A DNA stretch of 64,000 nt from contig CAWCSV010000002.1 of assembly GCA_963798295.1 (NCBI GenBank), positions 738,023 to 802,022 of the forward strand, in the 5' to 3' direction. Below the pieces are notes generated by a model. The model ran no database searches, was not told the DNA's origin, and saw only the letters and a list, made by a program, of their open reading frames with translations. Origin of the DNA: Bryobacterales bacterium (GTDB lineage Bacteria > Acidobacteriota > Terriglobia > Bryobacterales > Bryobacteraceae). The translations under genes and the position numbers were made by a program. The stretch's first letter is position 1; each line of letters begins with the position of its first letter. Positions 57,332-64,000 of the stretch are shown piece by piece.

Positions 57332-58658
57332 TCAGATTTCGAGTTTGCCCGTGCTGTCGCCATGGTGATCGGCCTGGACGCCGAGCTTGTCGAGCATAGT
57401 CAGCAGCAGATTCGACATCGGCGTGTGTGCGAGCATATTGCATGTGCCGCCCGCCTTTGAGCTGGCCGGAAGCGCCGCCCGCCAGCACCACGGGCAACGG
57501 GTCGTGATCGTGCTGATTGCCGTTGCTCATGCTGCTGCCGTAAAGCACCATGGAGTGATCCAGCAGGTTGCCGTCGCCATCGGGCGTCGCCTTTAATTTG
57601 TCCAGGAAATAGGCCAGCATCTGCACGTGATACCGGTTGATCAGCGCGTATTTATCCATGTTGGCGCGATTGTTGGCGTGATGGGACGCGACGTGGAAGC
57701 CTTCGCGCACGCCGCTCTGCGGATACACCGCGCCGCTGGTATCGCGGGCGAACATCATGGTGGCGACGCGCGTAATATTGGCGCGGAAGGCCAGCACCTG
57801 CATGTCGAACATGATCTTGAAATGTTCGTCGAAGGATTCCGGCACACCAGTCGGCGAGTCCGGCAGCTTCACGTCGGTTCGAGCCTGCTGCTCGGCCTTT
57901 TGGATGCGGCGCTCGATCTCGCGTATGTCGTCCAAATACTCGGCCAGCCGCGTGCGATCCGCCGCAGGCAGGTCGCGTTGGAGCGAAGCCGCTTCTTCCA
58001 TCACCGAATCGAGCAAGCTGCGGCTCAATTGTTTTCTGGCTTGCCGGTCGGCATTGTTGCTGCCGTCGCCAAAAAGCTTTTCGAACACCACTTGCGGGTT
58101 GTTTTCCATGGGGAGAGGCGTGGTGGGCGTCTTCCAGGAAATGGTGTTCGAGTACGCGCAGGCGTAGCCGGAGCCGCAGCTCAGAGCCACATCTTCGATG
58201 GACAGTTCGAGAGACGGAAGCGGCGTGTCCTGGCCGAGGCGTTCGCGCGACGATCTGATCGATGGTTGGGCCAACCCGGATGTTTTCCCTTTCCGGATGA
58301 ACTCCGCTCAGAAACACCGCGGCCGAACGCGCGTGATCGGCGCCGGCATCCGAACCCGCTCCACCAGCGGCCGGATGCGCCAGGTTCGAGACCACGTGAT
58401 GCGGTCGCGCAATTTTTCGAGCGGCGCGAGGGTTTCGGTAAACGCGAATCCGGGGCCTTCGGTCGTCGGAGTCCACTTGTACATCGTGGCGCCGTGCGGC
58501 ACATAGATACAGCTCAAGCGGCTGGCTGGATTGGCTGCGGTGCGCGCCAGCGGCGTTTGCGCGGGGACCATGGAATCGAGCAGCGGCAAAGCCACCGTTA
58601 CGCCCATGCCGCGCAGAAACGTCCGGCGGGGCAAATGTTTTTTCGTGATGAATCTCAT
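57332..58658 (-). pseudogene. DUF1552-family protein with a twin-arginine signal, broken by at least 3 frame changes
   Basis: GGAGGA RBS then MRFITKKHLPRRTFLRGMGVTVALPLL (ORF 58308..59075, tail). VVSNLAHPAAGG...GADHARSAAVFLSG (ORF 57652..58476). SLELSIED...HHANNRANMDKY...LYGSSMSNGNQHDHDPLPVVLAGG (ORF 57276..58274). Natural end ...TPMSNLLLTMLDKLGVQADHHGDSTGKLEI-stop at 57332, from my translation. Confidence 0.7.
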
Positions 58659-60936
58659 GGCTGTCCTCCTGGGGATGGAGACCCGGATTGCTTCATTCTC
58701 ATCTGAAATGGATCGCTCTTCACGATACCTTGGACGAGCGCCGAAAAACGATTGTCGTTCTTGTGCGGCTTCTCGGGCGATGGAGCGAACCACCGGCATA
58801 TCGTAATATTTGAGCGCGCGGCCGGTGGCGTAGGTCAGCAGTTTTTCGGTCACGGTGCGGACGAACACGTCGGAGCGGCTCAAAAGCGCATTTCGCAAAC
58901 TGGCGGGCCCGTCTAGCTTGGTTCCGTCCACCAGCTGTCCGGTGGCGTCGATCGGCTCGCCGCTGTCGGCGGCACGCCAGGTCCCGATCAGATCGAAATT
59001 GTCGAGCGAAAATCCGATCGGATCCATGATTTTGTGGCACGCCGCGCAGGTCGGATTCTTGCGGTGCTCTTCCATGCGCTGCGCGCAGCGAAGTGGGTTG
59101 CGGAGTGCCTTCGTCCCCTTTGAGCGGGGGCACGTTGGGCGGAGGCAGCGGCGCGGGCGAATCCAGAATATTTTCCAGAATCCATTTGCCGCGCGCCACC
59201 GGCGACGTGCGATTGGCCACCGAGGTCACCAGAAGAAAACTGGATTGGCCGAGCAGGCCGCGGCGCGCGTCGTCTTGTATCGCGACGCGGCGGAATTGGC
59301 TGCCGTGAACGCCGGGCATTCCGTAATGCGCCGCCAGGCGCTGGTCGACGAACGTGTAATCGGCGTTCAGCAGGTCCACTACATTACGATCCTCGCGCAC
59401 GATGCTCTCAAACAACAACTCGGTCTCGCGGCGGAAGGCCTCGCGCAGGTTCTCGTTGAACGCGGGCGACAGCGGGCGCTGATTTTTCAGCTCCCGCAAA
59501 TAGAGCCACTGGTCGGCGAAGTTGGTGGCCAGCGTTTCCGAGCGCGAGTCCGCCAGCATGCGCCGCGTCTGGCGTTCCAGCACCGCGGGCTCATGCAGCT
59601 TGTTCTGAATCGCAAGATCCAGAAGTTCGTCGTCCGGGATGCTGCTCCAAAGGAAAAACGAAAGGCGCGACGCGAGTTCCAGATCGCTGATTCGATAGAC
59701 GGCGCCAGCGGGAACATTGCCGGCTCGCGCTCGAAGCGGAAGACAAACCGCGGATCGATGAGCACGCGGGCCAAAGCTTGCTCGATGCCGGCATCGAAAC
59801 TGGCGTCGCGCCGCCCGGATCGATAAAAGCCGATCAGCGTTTCGAGATCGGAATCGGAGAGCGGACGCCGGTAAGCCCGCCGGCCGAGCGTTGACAGGAT
59901 CTTTTTCGCGCACGCCAGCTCGTCTTCATCTGTAGGACCGAGGCCGGCCGGCAAACGAAAATGCGACGCCGGCTGGGCGTGTCGCCCGCGCCGGTGGGAT
60001 TGAAGGGGCCGGTGATGGCGACGCTCTGCACCCCGGAATTGTTGGGGAAGATCTGCCAGATATCGTCGGCGCCCGGAGGATTCTTGTTGATGAACGCGAC
60101 GCCCAGCTCTTGCGGCCCGGCCTTGATCGGGAGGCGCAGATCGAGCGTCGCCGCGGCTTTCGCCAGCTTGACGCGCTCGCCGTTGAGCGTCACTTCCAGT
60201 TCGTTGTCGAGGAAGCCGGGCGAGCCCAGCCCGATGTTCGCGGCCTTGGCATGAATTTTGATCGCGTATTCGGCATCCAGCGGAAAGACGTTGCGCACCA
60301 GAATTCCGCCGCGCGTGCCGAGCGGCAAGCCTTCGATGTGATCGCTCTGCGACAAATCGGACGGAACGCGATAGGTGACCGTGGACGGCGTGGTGCCGGG
60401 ATCGCCCACCGCCATCCGGCTCAGTTTGGTAGCCGTGGCGACGTAGCGTTCCAGCAGCGCGGGCGAAATGGCCAGCGCATCCGCGATATTGTCGAAGCCT
60501 TCGCTCGAATCGTCGGCCGGAAGCAGCGTGCTGGGATCGATCTCCAGATCGAGCAGATCGCGAATGGAATTGGCATATTCAGTGCGATTCAGGCGATGCA
60601 GGCCGGTGGTTCCGGGATTTGGCTTGGCCGCCGCCGCGCTATCCAGCGCCAATTCCAATTTGGCTGCAAAATCGTCCAGAGTGGCGCGGTCCGGGCGCGG
60701 CATGCCCGCCGGCGGCATCATTCCGGCGCGGATTTTTCGAACCACTTTTTCCCAAGTTTCCGCGTTGTTGCCGGGATGCGCGAAATCCAATTTGTCGATC
60801 GCGAGGCTGGCCGGCGCGAGTCTTTTCGTTGTGGCAGCCGACGCAATAGCGATCCACGAGCGCGCGATCCTGCGCGCGACACTGAGAGCAGCCCAGCGCG
60901 GCGAAAGCCAATCAGGAATGTGAGCAGCGTCTTCAT
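58655..60936 (-). pseudogene. DUF1592/DUF1595/DUF1587/DUF1588/DUF1585-type protein with CxxCH motifs, broken by at least 4 frame changes
   Basis: MKTLLTFLIGF at 60936. RYCVGCHNEKTRAG (ORF 60639..60911). ORF 59834..60790 (IRAGMMPPAG..., NRTEYANSIRDLL). ORFs 59487..59954 and 58720..59913. CAACHKIMDPIGFSLDNFD (ORF 58308..59075). The natural stop overlaps the DUF1552 ATG (ATGA at about 58655-58658). Confidence 0.7.
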
Positions 60937-62446
60937 TGCGACGTCAATTTTTGTATCAGCGCCATCGTGCTCGGCTTCTTCTCCGGCGGATTGGTGGCCA
61001 GGAAAACGCCTTCGGCCCACACCAGCGGCGTGCGCCCTTGTTTGTCCTTCACATCCAGCGAGGCGCCCTTCTTCACCAGAAGCTCGAGAATGTCGTCCGA
61101 TCCGCGATTGGCCGCGCCGATCACGGCGGTGATTCCCATGGAGTTCACGGCGTTTACATCCGCGCCTTTTTCCAGACAGAGCTCGACGGCCTCCAAGAAC
61201 TGGCTTCGATTCGCTATAGGTCTGCCCGCCCACCCAATTGACTCCCGCAGCCGCCATCATCGGCGTTGTTCCGGCGAAGGTCGCGATGTTGGGATCCGCG
61301 CCTTTATCCAGGAGCAGGTGCATCACGGTAAGGTCGGCCGACAGCGCCGCGCGCAGGAACGGAGTTTGGCCGGTGAAATCCACCCAGGAAATGTCGCTGA
61401 TCGGCATGAGCCAGCGCCGCAGCGGGGGCTACTTCTTTCGTTCGAGCGTTGACGTTGGCGCCGCGATCCAGGAGCGCTTGAATCAATTGCAAGGCGGCTG
61501 GGCGATCCACGCCGTTGTCGTCGGTCTTGTTCACTTCCAGATCGCGAAGATCCACGGCGGTCCAGAGCGGCGTGCGGCCCCACCAATCCATCGCGTTCAC
61601 GTCGGCGCCATGGTCCAGCAACAAGCGGGCGACATCGATGTGATTATTCGAGATCGCCATCAGCAGCGGCGAGACGCCATTGGCCTCCACCTGGTTCACA
61701 TTGGCGTTCGCGGCGATCAGCGTGCGCGCGATCTCGATATGGCCGTCGCGAGCGGCATAAAGCAGAGCCGTCATTTCCCCGGGCGTCGGTTCCTGATATC
61801 CGCGCTCGGGCCAGCCGCCGCGCACGATGCCAAGGCCGTGCGATCCGCCGCCTGAATCCGGAGCCCGCCGCGCCGGAGGGTGCCCTTGCGCGTTCGTGCG
61901 TTGACTTCAGCGTCGTGATGGATGAGCAGGTCCACCACTTCCGGATGATTGCTCCGCACCGCCCACATGAGCGCGGTGGATTGCACCGAATCGATGGCGT
62001 TCACTGCGGCGCCACGTTCCAGGAGCAGCTTTACCGCTTCGTGTTCCGCCATCGGTGCGCGCGGCGATCATCAGCGCGGTGGTGCCTTGAGGGTCGGGCG
62101 AATTCGGATCCGCGCCCGCGTCCAGCAGCTTCGCCAGAATGGCGGCATTTGCGTTCGAGCAAGCCAGCGACACGGGAGCGAGGCCGTAACGGTCCCGCGC
62201 TTTGACGTTCGCGCCCGCGGCGAGCAAAGACTCCACCATTGCCAGATCGTTCGCGCGCACCGCCCAATGCAGCGCCGTGGTGCCGTCCGCGAGCGGGGCG
62301 TTCACATCAGCCTTCTGTTGGATCAGCGCGCGCACCGCGCTGGTATCGTCATTCATCGCGGCATCCACCAGCCGCAGATCGCCGGCCTGCATTGCTAATG
62401 GCCAACACCTAATTGCAGCAACTGCGATGATGATTCCGCTTCGCAT
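60933..62446 (-). pseudogene. ankyrin-repeat protein with signal peptide, broken by at least 4 frame changes
   Basis: ORFs 61907..62446, 61771..62052, 61304..61825, 60718..61407 and 60933..61196 each contain consecutive ANK-type repeats (G.TALHWAVRANDLAMVESLLAAGANVNA...; GVSPLLMAISNNHIDVARLLLDHGADVNA...; GITAVIGAANRGSDDILELLVKKGASLD). Confidence 0.65.
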
Positions 62447-62454
62447 GCCTTCTC

Positions 62455-63283
62455 CTAAGCCTCGCCCTTCAGTTCCATTGTCATCCCGTTCGGGTCGCGA
62501 AAGCGAAGCAGCCCCTCATCGCCCACCAAGCTCTCGATGCTTGCGCGCTTGAGTTTTTCCATTGCCGATTTCTTGTCGTAACCCGCCACGCGGACGCAAA
62601 TGTGGTGAATGCTGGGCTTTTCATCCAAGGCCACCAGCTCCAGGCCCAGCTTGGTTCTGGCCGCGCCAAACCAAACGCGCTCCGGCTTTTTTGTGCGCGA
62701 CACTTCGGGCCCGAACAGCTTCCTGTAGTATTCCGCCGAGCGATCCAAATCGGAAACATGCAACATCACGTGGTCCGGCGCGATGGCCTCAAACAGCGCG
62801 TCGTCTTGTGACAGCCGGAACGCGGGAATGATGGTCTTGGCCAGGCCGCCCGGTACGCGCAACAACTGCAGCCGCAGGCCATCGGGATCGGTCGCCATAC
62901 CAAATGGTCCTGCTCCCAACGTAACGCCCGCGGCTTCGAGGCTCTTGCGCATATCCTGCGGCTGATAGTTTTCAACCAGGGCGCAGAAGTGATCGATCGA
63001 GGGAGTGGACGGTGGCATTTCCGCCGAACGCCATATAGCCTGTGCCGAGCTTTACGTAGAACCGGGGCGGTGGATCTTTTTCCTGAAACAATTGGCCATC
63101 GAATATCCGGCCGTAGAATTTCGCGGTAGCTTCAGGGTCGGGCACGGTGAATCCAAAATGCTCAATCCCGGTAGTGTGCAGCGGCAGATCGTCGGCTCGC
63201 GCGACGCCGCGCGCCAACAAAGGAATGGCGCATGCTCCCAGCCATTGAATCGCTTCCCGCCGGCTTGTTCGATCCTGTTGCAT
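62455..63283 (-). pseudogene. two-domain VOC/glyoxalase-family protein with Tat-like signal, one frame change near 62975-63015
   Basis: ORF 62972..63283 (SRREAIQWLGACAIP..., IEHFGFTVPDPEATAKFYGRIF) continues in ORF 62455..63018 (IDHFCALVENY...; PDHVMLHVSDLDRSAEYYRKLFG...IHHICVRV). Confidence 0.6.
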
Positions 63284-63628
63284 CCTTCAGCCTCCTGAAT
63301 CTGGCTCGGTCGCCGCTCCTGTTTAAAATATCACTGCCAGGGACACCGCTAGATGTCAGCCCTCGCCGACCAGGCGGCGAATGACGTAGACTATCGTTAA
63401 GCTACTTCGGAACGACAAACGAAAAACGCGCTTTTATAATTCATTTAAACGATAATGCTTTGAAAGGTATGTAGTCTACTATACGAATAGACTATCCGTA
63501 AGTTTGGTTGGTTCCGGCACCCGGTGAGTTTCGCGAGAGAACTCGAGCTCCACCCACCCATTACTTGAAGTAATCTATTGTCGATATGTCATTGCAGACA
63601 AGGGCATTGCGGCTCTGACACGTTGCGT

Positions 63629-64000
63629 CTAAGTAGTTCGCGTTTGGCGCGGTCGACGCTTGCCCGCTCTGCGGGACTCTGGGAGCTTGCCACCTTCTTC
63701 CAATATGCACTGCTTCGAGTGTTGGCAAATCATGCTTAGGCACTCATTGTGAGCCAAAGCATCTCGGATCAATAGGCTCCTGGCTTGTGCGATTGAGTGC
63801 TGTGGGGTAACTCGTACATGAAGTTGCTGTTGCCAATCCCGCCACCACGTGATGTAGTCGGTGGCTGCCCTTCTAACTTCAAAAGATCGAAGCTGCTTTG
63901 GGGACCGGAGGCTACTTTGAATCGATGGCAGTCGCAGCCGGCCGACTAGGAGGGAAATCTCCTTTTGAACAAGCGACGTTTCAAATCGTAGCCAGTCGGG
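63629..64000 (-). CDS. 3' end of an unidentified ORF entering from the right edge
   Basis: My own translation of the minus strand is open from 64000 to a TAG at 63631-63629 (PDWLRFETSLVQKEISLLVGRLRL...DYITWWRDWQQQLHVRV...). GC is lower than the rest of the window. No recognisable domain. Not in the track because it is edge-truncated. Confidence 0.3.
   Translation of the reverse strand, partial: PDWLRFETSLVQKEISLLVGRLRLPSIQSSLRSPKQLRSFEVRRAATDYITWWRDWQQQLHVRVTPQHSIAQARSLLIRDALAHNECLSMICQHSKQCILEEGGKLPESRRAGKRRPRQTRTT

Noticed and set aside
63387-63496. The TAGACTATC direct repeat and TAGTCTA inverted copy as a regulator binding array.
   Set aside because: A single 9-mer recurrence within about 350 bp of AT-rich DNA is close to chance expectation. 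It is mentioned under the right-edge finding but not called as a feature.
1-64000. CRISPR arrays, rRNA genes, transposases, integrases and prophage structural genes.
   Set aside because: I saw no regularly spaced direct repeats, no rRNA-like conserved stretches, and no ORF with DDE, tyrosine- or serine-recombinase or phage structural motifs.

Overview
The window is GC-rich (roughly 58-60% by eye) bacterial chromosomal DNA. The gene content looks Acidobacteria-like: DUF1592/DUF1552 pairs, a fused MFS-spermidine-synthase gene, CarboxypepD_reg proteins and many glycosyltransferases. This taxon guess is inference only.

Layout:
- 1-6803 (minus strand): an ABC-transporter-type glycan module. It holds two GT2 genes, a GT2-GT4 fusion, a methyltransferase with a long coiled coil, and a Wzt ATPase with a C-terminal extension. 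No wzm is visible.
- 7182-12631: housekeeping genes, namely tRNA-Met(CAT), parB, parA (with a parS-like site), rsmG, mnmG and purD.
- 12640-18085: an M20 peptidase, then a DarT/DarG toxin-antitoxin locus in which both genes change frame once. Next come an HTH gene preceded by two identical perfect palindromes, tRNA-Arg(CCT) and a secreted protein.
- 18308-50693: a very large polysaccharide locus. It contains a radical SAM gene, about 10 glycosyltransferases, two CE4 deacetylases, an FkbH-like HAD-IIIC protein, WecB, AsnB, a WbaP-type priming transferase, two O-antigen-ligase/Wzy-like proteins, methyltransferases, an epimerase and a transaldolase-like gene. It also shows a partial internal module duplication and a GT2 remnant.
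- 50720-57252: a polytopic membrane protein with Cys-x7-Cys repeats, then a tight 4-gene cassette. The cassette encodes two paralogous secreted proteins, a small secreted protein and an MFS-spermidine-synthase fusion.
- 57332-63283: a DUF1592-like/DUF1552 pair, an ankyrin-repeat gene and a VOC/glyoxalase gene, all broken by frame changes.

Frame disruptions cluster in four discrete blocks (about 14.2-15.9, 20.5-21.4, 39.7-42.7 and 57.3-63.3 kb), while long neighbouring ORFs are intact. I cannot tell genuine decay from local assembly indels using the sequence alone.

I saw no rRNA, CRISPR array, transposase or integrase. I cannot demonstrate a novel system. The most interesting candidates are the unknown-function 4-gene cassette, the FkbH/radical-SAM glycan-tailoring genes and the DarTG region with its operator-like palindromes.

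All functional calls rest on motifs recognised by eye in the supplied translations, not on database searches. Coordinates of non-ORF features may be off by 1-2 nt.
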